From NCBI GenBank assembly GCA_002269645.1, contig NIVC01003110.1, positions 54,930 to 118,929 on the forward strand: DNA of 64,000 nt, written 5' to 3'. The notes under the pieces were generated by a model. It was not told where the DNA came from. It did no database searches and saw only the letters and a program-made list of their open reading frames with translations. The DNA comes from Macrostomum lignano (taxonomy: Eukaryota). Shown here in pieces: positions 23,801-43,304 of the stretch (position 1 is its first letter; each line of letters begins with the position of its first letter). Both the position numbers and the translations under genes were made by a program.

Positions 23801-25559
23801 ACCACGGCACCAGAGAGGCTCTGGAATCGCTGCTAGTCAATGCTGTTAGTAAATGCCCTACTGCCGAAGCTCTCTGGTTGATGGGCGCCAAGTCCAAGTG
23901 GCTAGCCGACGACATACCCGGAGCTCGCTATATTCTAGCCAACGCGTTCAAAGCCAATCCAAATTCCGAGGAGATCTGGCTAGCCGCCGTTCGGCTGGAG
24001 AGCGAGAATAACGATTTTGAACGGGCGCGCAAGCTGCTGCTGCGGGCGCGAAATCAGGCCTCAACGGCTAGGGTGTGGATGAAATCGGCTAGGCTGGAGT
24101 GGTGTCTGGGCGAACTGGAGCAGGCTAAAGCGCTTCTAAACGAAGGCCTGCGCGCTTATCCGCAATTTGACAAGATGTGGATGATGCTGGGACAGATTGC
24201 CGAACAGGAGGACAACGTTGAGGCCGCTCGGGCCGCTTATAATGAAGGCATTCAGCGATGCCGTCAGTCAGTGCCGCTCTGGCTGCTGCTGGCTAGGCTG
24301 GAGATGGGCCAGGTGAGCTCCCGACTTTATTTTATTATCGTTAGGTTTAAGAAATCCTATTCGATTTCGATGTTAATCGGCCTTCGTACATGTACATTCC
24401 AGTTAGCTGGGAATCCAGTTCCTTAGAGATTCCAGTTTAGCTGGGAATCCAGTTCCTTAGAGATACCAGTTAGCTGGAAATCCAGTTCCTTAGAGATTCC
24501 AGTTAGCTGGGAATCCAGTTCCTTAGAGATTCCAGTTAGCTGGAAATCCAGTTCCTTAGAGATTCCAGTTAGCTGGAAATCCAGTTCCTTAGAGATACCA
24601 GTTAGCTGGAAATCCAGTTCCTTAGAGATTCCAGTTAGCTGGGAATCCAGTTCCTTAGAGATTCCAGTTAGCTGGAAATCCAGTTCCTTAGAGATTCCAG
24701 TTAGCTGGGAATCCAGTTCCTTAGAGATTCCAGTTAGCTGGAAATCCAGTTCCTTAGAGATTCCAGTTAGCTGGAAATCCAGTTCCTTTAAGATTTCGGC
24801 TAGCTGAGAATCTAGTTCCTTAGAAATTCCAGTTAGCTGGGAATCCAGTTCCTTACATTCAAAATAATTCTTTGTCAATTATCCACCCTCTTTTCTCGCC
24901 CTTAAATGTTATTTCTCTTAATCTACTAACAGTAAGCCGCAGCGAGTATTTTTTTCTTCTGAAAAAACTTTCAACCCCTCCCTTGAAAACGCACGAACTA
25001 GGGCCAGGCGACCCGAGCGCGCAGTATCCTGGAACGGGCCCGTGTCAACAATCCCCGCGTGCCGCAGCTCTGGCTGGAAGCCGTCCGCACCGAACTGAAG
25101 TCCGGACAGCCACAGATGGCCGCGGCCACAATGTCCCGCGCTCTGCAGCAGTGCCCCACAGCCGGCCAGCTATGGGCTGAAGCCATCTTCATGGAGGCCA
25201 GGCCGCAGCGGAGAGCGAAATCGGTCGACGCTACTAAGAAATGCGAGCACGATCCGCACGTGCTGCTGGCGGTTGGCCGGCTGTTCTGGTGCGAGCGGCA
25301 GATTAACAAAGCCCGAGATTGGTTCCAGCGGGCTGTGAAGCTGGACAGCGACTTCGGCGACGCCTGGGCCAACTGGCGCCGATTTGAACTGCAGCACGGC
25401 ACCGAGGACCAGCAGAGACGCGTGGCCGCCCTGTGCGAAGCGGCCGAGCCCAGGCACGGCGAGCTGTGGTGCTCGGTTAGCAAAGTGCCCAGCAACTGGC
25501 GACTGCGCACTGCTAAACTGCTGGATCTCGTAGCTGAGAAGGTGGCCACGCCCACCTAA
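20879..25559 (+). CDS. PRPF6: Pre-mRNA-processing factor 6 (U5-102K, Prp6), 3 exons, ~932 aa
   Basis: Exons 20879-21873, 23067-24312 and 25002-25559 join in frame. N-terminal [30 protein letters not shown] repeats, C-terminal [22 protein letters not shown]-type motif ([19 protein letters not shown]). Confidence 0.97.
21950..22952. repeat. 19-bp minisatellite (GTGCCAAACTGTCCAATGA variants), PRPF6 intron 1
   Basis: Tandem array with two sub-variants. Confidence 0.93.
24398..24856. repeat. 33-bp minisatellite, PRPF6 intron 2
   Basis: Unit TTCCAGTTAGCTGGGAATCCAGTTCCTTAGAGA. Confidence 0.93.
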
Positions 25560-26249
25560 TGTCACTTCTAGTTTGTTCGCCTCTGTGTATAAATGTGCAT
25601 CGCCTCGTGTTATAAACAAGAAAACAATAATAATAATAACAATCACTGGAACCAACAAGTTCGATTAATAGTAATAAATAGTAATATAATGTTGTTAAAA
25701 ATGTCTCTGTCTATAGAGAACAAACCGAAGAAAAAAGTATGCAGGCTATTTATTTGTGTCCTTGTGTTTCTGATATATGAATTGATATGAAAGCTACAGA
25801 ATTAAAGTCGTGTAAAAAGAGGCGGGACATAAGTGGCACTGCACAGGATTGATATTTTTATTTTTTTAATAAAACCAATTTTAATAGCTAGGCTGGCAAA
25901 TTCAGTGAGTTTCGGTGCAAAATATCATCTAATCAACTACTTACAGTAGCGCAAGTTTTTGTAAATAATCAGGGCGCAATTGTACAAAAAATTATTATCC
26001 TCACTTTTTACACACAGACATGTACTCTGATAAATTAGGATTGAGATGTACAAACAACACAGAGAAAGACGACAACAACAATTAGAAAATAAGAAGGAAC
26101 TATGTAAGCAGGCACAGAAGCCGATAGAGGGTTTTATTTGTACTGTACTTCAAACCATTGATTCAAACCGATCAATACGACAGAGTTAATTAAGTCGCAT
26201 GAGTAGTAGGCTGCATTTCTAAGAAATCGATGCCCAAGTCGAATGGGTC

Positions 26250-32525
<6,276 letters not shown>

Positions 32526-34500
32526 AAGAAGTAGGCCTATTCTGAGCAATAGTTAATAGAATAGAACATCAGTTTGCATAAGTACTTTTAAGAAAATCAT
32601 TGAATAGTAGCTTTGCCTAATGCATCTTATAATAAGATATTTTATTTATTTTGTATGCTCTATATCAATTTTTAAAGATCCAACCAATATTATAGTGCAG
32701 TCTGCAACAAGATCAACAATTTTTTCAAGTACCTGACTGTCAAGAACTTTTACTCAGTTGAGAAGTTGATTATTTTTAATGGGTCTATATATAGATAATA
32801 AGATCTTAGAGATTTAGTATTGCAGGAAATATCAGTATGGCAATGAAATTTCAGCATGGTGTGTTTAACAATTGTACTAGTAACTTATTTTTTATTTCTT
32901 TATAAGTTCATAATTAAGTCTTTATATGTACTTTTCTTTTGATCTAACATTGCATAAAATGTCCTGAAATTGTTTGATACAATATATTCATATAAATCTT
33001 TGTATGAAATGACACTATGACAGTGTGACTATAGAAAAAGCTGCATAAAAATGTGCTGATTACTTGCTCAACTTTTCTTGACAACTCAACATAAGCACCA
33101 AGTCTCAACTTGATACTAAGCTTGACCAAAAATCTATGCTTATTTGGCCTCTAATTTAGCTATTTATATCATTTATTGCCTTACTAGGCAAGCTATAAAT
33201 GCTTTATTTTATAGCTATTGCTTAGATATATTATAACTCTTCTAGGCCTTGTCTAAATCTTGAATATATATAGTTAAGGATTTCTGACTATCTAAGAAAC
33301 TATCTTCTGACTAAAAGGCAAAATTTGAATTAGGCCTAGGCCTAACTAAAGGAAAGAATAAAATTGAAATTAAAAAAATCTTTTATAGAAACGAACTATT
33401 TGTTATAAATTGGCTTTCATAGGAAAATTAGAGGCTTTATATCTTTAACAATTGAATCAAAAAATGGGAACTTTTTGGTTCTTAACCAATATTTTGTATA
33501 AGTAGATATACCTAGGCTATACTAGGCCTATAAGAAATAGTAAAAATTTTGACAAAAATGTTAAAATTTATAAACACAAAAAAGTTTTAATTTTTATTAC
33601 TTGACCCATTTTTTTCAAAAGTTGTGTCGTTTTACTTATATAAAAGCTTAGTTAGGCAAATGAGATTTATCAAATAATGAAATAGAATAGAAAAATTATT
33701 CAATTTAAAGACTAACTTTTAAAATCTCACTGCAGTAGAGTACCTTTAATATTAATTAATATAGTGTTAGGCAGTTAAAAATTAACTAATGATTATTATC
33801 ACATGATATATAACATAAACTGCCAGCTGACCTACATGTATGTAAGTATATAATTATCAGAATATACTAAATCTCTATAAGAACTGTCTTTTAGGACTAG
33901 GTCTAGGATCTTGCATTTAGGATCTAGCTAATGTAATTATGTAACTTGTGGCAGATTAGGATAAGTCAAAAATTGAAGCCAAGCGAATTTTCGACAGAGC
34001 ATAGGCCCTCCGGAGTCTGGCCTCCGCCTCCACTCTCCCCAATTAGGGTCCTCATCAACACGGGACCCCCTTAATCTCTCCCTCAAACCGAATTTCTAAT
34101 TGCGCCTTCTGTCATTCATTTTTAGTAGTAAAGTCAAGTTTTCTATAAATATTATGTTTTAAAAAGTTACGCCATTTTATTACGCTAATTATTATTACGC
34201 CAGTCGCTGATATTCTGTACGAATATTAAATATATTTTATATACTCTGTATATTGTATATATCATCATTTTGTTATATGATTTTATAACAAATTTTGTTA
34301 TAAATAATGAGGAAAATATTTGTATACATACTATAATATAAATACAAATATTATAATAAAGTCAAATAAATTGTTTTCTTGCCTTTGAGCTTTTAAATTT
34401 AATTCAACGTGCTAACTAAGTTGGAGACAAAATCAATCCCAGGCTCAGGAAGTCTTCTAGCTTTATTCGATTTCAAGTAGTAGATATATGGATTAAAACA

Positions 34501-35007
34501 TGTAGGAATAGCCCCAAGATTGGGAGAATTTAATCCGTTCTTAGAGAATGAGAACCCTAGATTTAGAATCTAGAAAATCGTCTTAGAAGGCAGACCACCT
34601 ACCAGAGGGTAGAGTAGTCCAGACTCAGAGTCTGAGAAACCCGCCTTAAGGGCAGAATACCCATCAAGTTAAGCTGTGACCCTCTGATCCGGGAACGCCC
34701 AGGACTGAGAGAATACCCCTTAAAGGAGTAAAATAAGGAATATAGGATAGGGTAGACCGTAGGACCGCTCAGGCCAGAAGTAGATACGCTACCAATATAA
34801 AATAAATACATGTACGCTACCAGTAGATATACATTAAGTATACAGGCATTAATTACATTCATGCGCTACCTATAAAAGTACATAAAATTGATAACTCTAG
34901 CACTAGCAGTAAGATATTATTACAGTGAGAAGCGAAACCCCTGAAACAACTTTGGTGTGACAGCCGAGGGGATTATTCTTGAAGACAGAAGTATAACGCC
35001 TACCACA
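34501..35007. mobile_element. Solo-LTR-like repeat (TGT...ACA), related to 11351-11796
   Basis: Collinear shared motifs with 11351-11796 and TATA/AATAAA-like motifs inside. No TSD. Confidence 0.4.
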
Positions 35008-35201
35008 AAAGCAATACAAAACTTGTTTTTTATGAAATTTTGTCTCGTGTCTTAAGCAAGATGACAGCAAATTACTTCAGGCATGATGATTTACTCATAA
35101 TGTAAACATAAAGCTGTTTGAAACTATATAAATCCAACTAGATGTTCTATCCGAGGTCCGATCTGACTGAATTTTTCATGTAGCTAGCAATTCCGACGCT
35201 A

Positions 35202-38200
35202 ATGCGATTGCTAACTAATCACATTTCAGCCGCTAGTTGTCTGATTCTAGCGGTTGCTTCCTGTTTTGGACGCTATACCGACAACTGTAAGTGTATGAAC
35301 TTCCACTTAACTTCAAGAACTAATCCGAGTGTAGTCGCCTGGAGAATTCAAATTACACACGTACGAAATGTCGCTTTAGCTAACTATAGCTGGTAAAAGT
35401 AAAAGGGCGCTGCAGGGGTGTAGGCAAGGGGACACTGGGGACATGTCCCCCCCTGGAAGGGGGATATTAAATTTTTTTACTGTCTTTGTATTTTGCTTCC
35501 ATCGCTTCCATCGGAGATGGATTTATGTCTCTGCCCCCCCCCCCCTGATGTGAATCCTGGCTACGCGCCTAGGCACTACTGTACCGTGCCGTGCCAAGCA
35601 GCTTTGGCATTCTTGTAGACGGTCTGGTTCTGTCGACACATCTCTGCTGTGTCTCTCACATTTCTGCTGTGTCTCTCACATCTCTGCTGTGTCTCTCACA
35701 TCTCTGCTGTGTCTCTCACATTTCTGCTGTGTCTCTCACATCTCTGCTGTGTCTCTCACATCTCTGCTGTGTCTCTCACATCTCTGCTGTGTCTCTCACA
35801 TCTCTGCTGTGTCTCTCACATCTCTGCTGTGTCTCTCACATCTCTGCTGTGTCTCTCACATTTCTGCTGTGTCTCTCACATTTCTGCTGTGTCTCTCACA
35901 TCTCTGCTGTGTCTCTCACATTTCTGCTGTGTCTCTCACATCTCTGCTGTGTCTCTCACATTTCTGCTGTGTCTCTCACATTTCTGCTGTGTCTCTCACA
36001 TCTCTGCTGTGTCTCTCACATCTCTGCTGTGTCTCTCACATTTCTGCTGTGTCTCTCACATCTCTGCTGTGTCTCTCACATCTCTGCTGTGTCTCTCACA
36101 TCTCTGCTGTGTCTCTCACATCTCTGCTGTGTCTCTCACATCTCTGCTGTGTCTCTCACATCTCTGCTGTGTCTCTCACATCTCTGCTGTGTCTCTCACA
36201 TCTCTGCTGTGTCTCTCACATCTCTGCTGTGTCTCTCACATCTCTGCTGTGTCTCTCACATCTCTGCTGTGTCTCTCACATCTCTGCTGTGTCTCTCACA
36301 TCTCTGCTGTGTCTCTCACATCTCTGCTGTGTCTCTCACATCTCTGCTGTGTCTCTCACATCTCTGCTGTGTCTCTCACATCTCTGCTGTGTCTCTCACA
36401 TCTCTGCTGTGTCTCTCACATCTCTGCTGTGTCTCTCACATCTCTGCTGTGTCTCTCACATCTCTGCTGTGTCTCTCACATCTCTGCTGTGTCTCTCACA
36501 TCTCTGCTGTGTCTCTCACATCTCTGCTGTGTCTCTCACATCTCTGCTGTGTCTCTCACATCTCTGCTGTGTCTCTCACATCTCTGCTGTGTCTCTCACA
36601 TCTCTGCTGTGTCTCTCACATCTCTGCTGTGTCTCTCACATCTCTGCTGTGTCTCTCACATCTCTGCTGTGTCTCTCACATCTCTGCTGTGTCTCTCACA
36701 TCTCTGCTGTGTCTCTCACATCTCTGCTGTGTCTCTCACATCTCTACTGTGTCTCTCACTCACATATCTCGATCTATACAGTGTCTCTCACATCTCGTAT
36801 ATCTGTAATTTCACAATGCCTCTACAGGCGAGTTGCCAGTTCGCAAGCGTTATATGGAGGCAAGTTGGCAGACCTCGAGTGATCCTTCGACTTCCTGCTT
36901 TAACAATAGAAACTCCACAGCCGAGTCTGTTGCCATAGGCTCCACTAGATACTTTCGCACGTCTGTCAACTCCGAAAATCTTCATTGGTTTGTTGTAAAG
37001 TTTGTGAAGCCTCTGCCACTGGCGTCCGTTACTATTGTGTCCTGCAGCAGTGAGGGAGGTGAGCTGTAGACAATTCTGGTGTGTGTGGTGAATAAGTGCA
37101 TTAACTCACTGGCTGTGGTGATTCACTGACTGTGGTGACTCACTGCTGACTGCGGTGACTCATTGACTGCGGTGACTCATTGACTGCGGTGACCACTGAC
37201 TGCGGTGACTCACTGACTGCAGTGACTCACTAACTGCGGTGACTCATTGACTGTGGTGACTCACTGCTGACTGCGGTGACTCACTGACTGTAGTGACTCA
37301 CTGACTGCGGTGACTCACTGACTGCAGTGACTCACTAACTGCGGTGACTCATTGACTGTGGTGACTCACTGCTGACTGCGGTGACTCACTGACTGTAGTG
37401 ACTCACTGACTGCGGTGACTCATTGACTGTGGTGACTCACTGCTGACTGCGGTGACTCACTGACTGCGGTGGCTCACTGACTGTGGTGACTCACTGACTG
37501 CGGTGACTCACTGACTGCGGTGACTCATTGACTGTGGTGACTCACTGACTGCGGTGACTCACTGACTGTGGTGACTCATTGACTGCGGTGACTCATTGAC
37601 TGCGGTACGTGACTCACTAACTGCGGTGACTCATTGACTGTGATGACTCACTGACTGCGGTGACTCACTGACTGTGGTGACTCACTGACTGCGGTGACTC
37701 ACTGACTGTGGTGACTCACTGACTGCGGTGACTCACTGACTGTGGTGACTCACTATACAGTAACTGCAAAGCTGCAATGATGGCTACAACTAAGTATATT
37801 AATTGCGTGACCTCAAAAGTCAGCCTGGACTGTTGAATTGTTTTAATTTTTCAGACCGCAAACTTAGAGACGACATCGAGGTGTGGATCTCAGCCGCCAG
37901 CCAGTTAGACTTTGGCTCTGACCACTGCACAGCAGACCCAAAAAATTTATAATTTTTTTCGAACGAGATTTAAACTGCGCTGCAATCTCGCACAAACTAC
38001 CGACCGGAGGGCGGGTACAAACTGGACCACCGACTGCACTCAGAGTCCTCATCACGTGAGTTTCACAAGCTCGCATTTTAGCTTATCTGGATATGAATAT
38101 TAATAATGTAAGACGCATTTTTACACCATTTTTTGAGGCGCGATTTCTGGTTCTGCTAAAACAAAATGATGCCCCAATGGGCTTCTCTGATCTTCGCGTG

Positions 38201-40349
38201 CAGTTGCGATCTGTCGAAGGAAGGTTTCGAGAGATCTTGGACTGCGATTCTGAAGCAGCACCATTTTCCAAAGAACCAAAATAACATGCATATAGTAGAC
38301 TGGGGGATTGTTGAAAACCACAACAGAGGGTCAATTAGATCTCTGAAAGACAAATACATGTATTCAATACATCTATACGAATACATGTGTGCCACTTGGA
38401 AACGTTAAAGGTAGTTAAAAGCTCACTCCATTGCCGCTTCGAAGTTACCAAAAGACCCCAGAAAGTAGAAAATTACAGACATATAGGAAGTTATATAACA
38501 AGATGTAGGACCAAAAGCGACTTTTAGGACATTGGAAGTTCTATTTATACTTCAGGACATTGGGAGCTACTTTGAGACATCAAAAGTTGTACATACTAAG
38601 ACAGTAGATGCTTCTTAAGACCTTCAAAAGCTTTTAACGCAAGAAAATGCCTGGAATTAAGCTCTAAAAACCTTGAAAGCCAGTTGAGAAATCACTGATG
38701 ATTAAAATTCTAAAGCAGTCAAAGTAAATCGCCGCTATTGCATTCAAAAGCTCCCGCAGCCGAGCTGTCGCTGAACCGCAGCGTACCAGCAAAATCAAAT
38801 TTCTCAGTTGACTGCAGCAAATCCTGCGGCCACAGGTCCGGAGTGCAGGGCCTGCAGCTCTGCCTGCCTAACGGCACCTGCAACCCGCTAGGCCGAGCCG
38901 ACATTTGCTCGGCTAATCAACAAGATTCTGGCAGCTACATGTGTCGGGATGGAGAACACTTTTCTGAGCTGGTGGCTTTCGTGAATGTAACTGCAGCTGG
39001 TAAGAAATAGGTTCTAGATGATGGTATGGGATCAACTCGCGGGCAGGGTAAGCCCTACAGCAGGGGTCGGCACGCAAAACCTCTCAATCCGGTCCTCGGG
39101 TCCTTTTTGAAACTTCACGATAGCAACCCGGCCTGCTCAAGTTTGTCTCTTTCCTCATCTGTTCTCTACTCTCTACCCTTCTCCTTCCCTCCTCTAGCTA
39201 TTTATTATTTTCTCTCATCTCTTCTCTCCTTCAACCTCTCATCTCTTTTCTATGGGATGTACACCGATGAGGACTAAATCACGGGGCAAGAGAGAGTGTA
39301 CATACCGGACGATGGCAAAGTCAGGGCCACTGTACACCCAAAGTGAGCGTGTGCCCTCGTACGTATCTATATGCGCGTGAGCGTGCTCATGGGCCAGCAA
39401 ATAGACACGACTGCTTGCCTCTTTGCTGACTCGGGGGAAGGGGGGGGGGTCGAGTGTTGCTTGTAAATGGCACATGTCGATTCTGAGGGGTTACTCCTTT
39501 TACAACTCTACTGCTAATTCTAACTAAACGCTACATAGCTGCGTGTAGTTGTAAATAACTGAAGTTGAAAACCATGATGATTTCATTTCAGAGCAGCCAC
39601 TCCATCCAGTGAAACAGCCGATAGGCACACAATTTCTTGTCGCAGTGATCGCCCTAGTAGTAACTGTGTCGCTCATTATCATTGCAAGCTTTGGAGCCTT
39701 AAAGGTGAGATATTTAAACTAGCTCAAAACTGGACAATTTTATCGATTTAGTTTATATACAAATTCGAGCTTGTGAATTGCCCCGGCCGGCTGCAGGAGC
39801 AGCTCAGCGGCAAAGGCGTGCGACTCTCGCGACTTTTCATGCGGTTCACACCCTTAAGGGGCAATTGCTCTAAGGCACAGAGAGTGACCTACTAATCATT
39901 GGAAAGTCAGAGCCGCTGTGCAGCCTGTGTGAGCGTGTGTATTATGAGTGCGTGCCTGCGTACAGTGTTGGCGCGCTTTACTTTAGAATGCTCATCTTCA
40001 ATTACCGCTGGTTGCGAGAGGATCTCACCGAAGGCGTTTCGACAGGGTGCCCGCAGTCCTACGATATTTATATTATTATAACACCCGAGCCGATCGCATA
40101 GCTAAGATAATTTGAAACATAATTATTGCAGATCCTTCGTAATCGACCAGCATCAGGGCAGCAGAATCCGATGGAGTACGAACAGCCAGTGAGGCTAAAA
40201 GCCTCAGGCTGTTCAACCACAGTCGCTGCAGAGCCTTCGACCACCGCGATGGTGAGCTAGGAGCAGTTGTATGAGCTACATGTATCAAAAAACTTCAGGC
40301 ATCTGTTCTTGGAATTATGGGTGCCGATCCGTACATACAAGGACTGTGA
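35202..40349 (+). CDS. Putative single-pass receptor with a signal peptide and Ig-like segments (broken frames: pseudogene or assembly error)
   Basis: Signal-peptide exon 35202-35286 joins 36828-37058 in phase. Further exons run from 37855 and ~38110, each with an in-frame stop right after an A run (~37945, ~38281). Next come ~38751-38999 (QDSGSYMC, Ig F-strand-like), a TM exon 39592-39704 (FLVAVIALVVTVSLIIIASFGAL), and cytoplasmic exons 40132-40251 and 40299-40349. Confidence 0.5.
35410..35569. mobile_element. Short MITE-like element with imperfect TIRs
   Basis: Left end AGGGGTGTAGGCAAGG pairs imperfectly with right end CCTGGCTACGCGCCT. Confidence 0.35.
35637..36760. repeat. 20-bp minisatellite (CATCTCTGCTGTGTCTCTCA)
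   Basis: Near-perfect tandem array; the source of spurious ~400-aa ORFs. Confidence 0.96.
37105..37755. repeat. 17-bp minisatellite (GACTGCGGTGACTCACT)
   Basis: Tandem array. Confidence 0.92.
39061..39260 (+). mobile_element. Third copy of the hAT-like CT-tract repeat
   Basis: Starts CAGGGGTCGG and shares the gatagcaacccggcctgctcaag core and the CT tract. Confidence 0.45.
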
Positions 40350-41225
40350 CGTCCCTGTACAGTCCGATCAAGGACGACTAAAGTAACGTACTCAAGTAGT
40401 CCTTGAGTCCGATTTGTATAAGAACTGTGATGTCTGTACAATCCGATTCGTATAGCTCGTAGGACTTTTGATTGTAGCAGATGTACAATGGCGGCATAAA
40501 TAGCCACAAGTTTCTGGTGTCTATAGATTGTATAGCCTGCGGCTGTACAAGAAGTATGAATGCTTATTGGAAAATTGCTGAGTAATACGGGGGTTGTAAA
40601 GGATGTACATGCACGACTTTGAGTGCAGTATAACAGTTACAGTAACTGATGGAGCAGTGCTCTCTAAACTCTCCAAAATACGACAAGTGTGCTGGGAGCA
40701 TGATTGATAATTACATAAAGATTGTACCAGAAACCGAATGTAAAAGTATATACTCTCGCCAACCACAAATATTAATCTGACAGGCCGAAACATACGCGGA
40801 TATCTACTGCGACGAGTGAGCGAGTCCGGTTTGAATTCGAATATTCCAATATAAATTTTATGAATTATATTTACCTTATATTTATCTCTGTATTTGCTCT
40901 CGAGCGGTGTATAGTGAACCTTTTTGAATTCGATTAAATTGGCGAAATTTACTGTTCAAAGCCACGTACAAAAATGTTTATCCAAGTCTGCGGCTTCGAA
41001 CTCGCTGTATCTTGCTATTAAAGACATACTCGTAGTTCTAAGTTTATCAAGCTTCATCGCACAGATGAATTCATATCGATGGCTCAGCTCAATATAAGGC
41101 CCGATCAACAATTTGACGATCTAAAATTGTGGGCCGAACACCTTATATTAAGAAACTTTTGTATCCAAGATATTATTAACATCTGTATTCTTCTCCCCTA
41201 TTGACTTTCAGTTGGAAGGGATTAA

Positions 41226-41644
41226 TGCCCAGTCTCAGTTGAGAGGATTAGTGCCCAGTCTCAGTTGAGAGGATTAGTGCCCAGTCTCAGTTGAGAGGAT
41301 TAGTGCCCAGTCTCAGTTGAGAGGATTAGTGCCCAGTCTCAGTTGAGAGGATTAGTGCCCAGTCTCAGTTGAGAGGATTAGTGCCCAGTCTCAGTTGAGA
41401 GGATTAGTGCCCAGTCTCAGTTGAGAGGATTAGTGCCCAGTCTCAGTTGAGAGGATTAGTGCCCAGTCTCAGTTGAGAGGATTAGTGCCGAGGATTAGTG
41501 CCGAGACTGTTGAAAGGATTAGTGCCCAGTCTCAGTTGAAAGGATTAGTGCCGAGGATTAGTGCCGAGTCTCAGTTGAGAGGATTAGTGCCCAGTCTCAG
41601 TTGAGAGGATTAGTGCCCAGTCTCAGTTAAGAGGATTAGTGCCC
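41226..41644. repeat. 26-bp minisatellite (GAGAGGATTAGTGCCCAGTCTCAGTT), left part, split by the Polinton
   Basis: The array resumes in register at 56979. Confidence 0.95.
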
Positions 41645-42054
41645 AGTAGAAGGCATGAGGGGGCTTTTGGGACAAAATTTTTCACGTCCTCCATAATCCC
41701 ATTAAATCCATCCATATTATCCCTGACAGAATCAGAAAAAAGGGGGGTCGCACTCGCTCCGAAAACGTCCTCCATAATCCACCTAAATCCATCCATATTA
41801 TCCCCGACAGAATCAGAAAAAAAGGGGGGTCGCACTCGCTCACAAAACATCCTCCATAATCCTATTAAATCCATCCATATTATCCCTGACAGAATCAGAG
41901 CATTATCCCTGACAGAATCAGAGCATAACAGTAGGACACCTGTTATGCTCACTGACACTGACATAATCCACTGACATCCACCCATAGCATCTTCGAAACA
42001 ATCAGAAAACAATCTGCATTCTTCTCCCCACATTCAATCCGCAACGTGCTACCA
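41645..42054 (+). repeat. Left terminal inverted repeat (~410 bp) with internal direct repeats
   Basis: Reverse complement of 56570-56978, differing only at A/G run boundaries as far as seen. Confidence 0.95.
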
Positions 42055-42123
42055 GATCCCAAGGACTTTAAATCATCAGCGCAGGGTCCTTACCCTTTGA
42101 AAAAATCTAAATTTTCTCTAAAA

Positions 42124-42363
42124 ATGTTTCCAGTTGTCTCTCCAGGTTCTTATTACAAAGCGCATGAGCCTAATTTCAAGAGCAAGTACCGATGCAAACT
42201 TGAATGCAGCGAGTACATGAGAAAATATTGGCCCGGCGTTGATATCAATGCCTCTAATATTAATCAAGCTCTCCAAAGACACTGGTTTCTTAAGTATGGA
42301 GTAACCTACGTAAAAGATTTTGACAGCTATTATAACTTTGCTGAAGTTATAAGGCAGTTGTAG
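42124..42363 (+). CDS. Polinton small hypothetical protein (79 aa)
   Basis: ORF with an A-rich ATG context like the other element genes. No recognised motif. Confidence 0.4.
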   Translation: MFPVVSPGSYYKAHEPNFKSKYRCKLECSEYMRKYWPGVDINASNINQALQRHWFLKYGVTYVKDFDSYYNFAEVIRQL

Positions 42364-42424
42364 TAGCCAACTACAAGGATGTACCTGGCGGCTTATATCG
42401 TAATTTTACAAGTCTGAAGACGAC

Positions 42425-43282
42425 TCACATTCTCTCAATAATAATTGTTAGCACAAACTCTTCCCCGTTAAAATCGACACCAACGCCATCCTCTGTTTCA
42501 AACTGCAGAATGATTTCATGTATCTCTCTATTACTCAGAATCACTCTTTTCACGGGGTTTGGCTTTTGCACAAGCATTTTGCCACCAGCAACAGAGTTTG
42601 AAATGTTAAAAAGTATGTTGGTTCGTTTGCCTTTGAATATCCAATCATGGCTCAGATTGCTGCGAATTAATATATTCAAACCTTTGACAATGTCAGCGAT
42701 ATTTGGCGCCAAGTACATACCGGATATTAGCCGGGACACAGCAACAGTGCCAGGCGCCTGCAGCGGGCTTTGGTCTGTGGCGCCACCATAAACTCTCTTT
42801 TCAAATCCCAACTCGCGATACCAAGTGTCATCTTTAAACTCTACCTCTGCGTCCTTATGAACTTGCAAGACAACTCTCATGACAGTTAGATCATAAGTTA
42901 ATCTAACAGGGAACAGTTTATTTTCTGGTTTGCTTTCATCCGGTATCTCAAAATGCTTTCGTTTAGTGAAGACGTTCTCCAAGAAGTAATTATAAGTATC
43001 CACGCTCTGTGTGCTGACAGGAAATATCACAACCTCTGTTGTAGTACGCTTCCATTTGTAATAAAACTTGTTATTTTCCGCTGTCACATTGGGAACATTT
43101 GACCACCCAGTGAAATCATTGAGATAGACGTGGTAATTCGCCTCGGGATCCAAACGAAGTGGTTGCTCCAATTTTTGAATGAAGATTCCGTTTGACTCAG
43201 TAATGCGACCCGCTACAGTGATTGGAATGCTCTCCTTAGAGTGTGAAACAATGTTGTTCAGTCTTTCGGCTATGGCTTCCAT
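42425..43282 (-). CDS. Minor capsid protein (penton, single jelly-roll)
   Basis: Pattern YHVYLNDFTGWSNVPNVTAENNKFYY...ADIVKGLNILIRSNL...VDFNGEEFVLTIII is typical of Polinton mCP. Confidence 0.8.
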   Translation of the reverse strand: MEAIAERLNNIVSHSKESIPITVAGRITESNGIFIQKLEQPLRLDPEANYHVYLNDFTGWSNVPNVTAENNKFYYKWKRTTTEVVIFPVSTQSVDTYNYFLENVFTKRKHFEIPDESKPENKLFPVRLTYDLTVMRVVLQVHKDAEVEFKDDTWYRELGFEKRVYGGATDQSPLQAPGTVAVSRLISGMYLAPNIADIVKGLNILIRSNLSHDWIFKGKRTNILFNISNSVAGGKMLVQKPNPVKRVILSNREIHEIILQFETEDGVGVDFNGEEFVLTIIIERM

Positions 43283-43304
43283 TTTTTTATTGAAAAAAAA
43301 TTGT

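Noticed and set aside
32600-34450. AT-rich region as a possible gene or RNA
   Set aside because: No credible ORF, splice pattern or RNA structure was seen; probably intergenic or 5' region of TMEM184B.
35591-36938. 400-aa Cys/His-rich ORFs, and similar ORFs at 21907-22951, 24423-24878, 28289-29163, 30235-32331, 61040-62877
   Set aside because: These are translations of intronic tandem repeats that happen to lack stops.
40299-40383. ITIM-like SLYSPI in the receptor-like tail
   Set aside because: It lies in a frame incompatible with the phase-0 donor at 40251.
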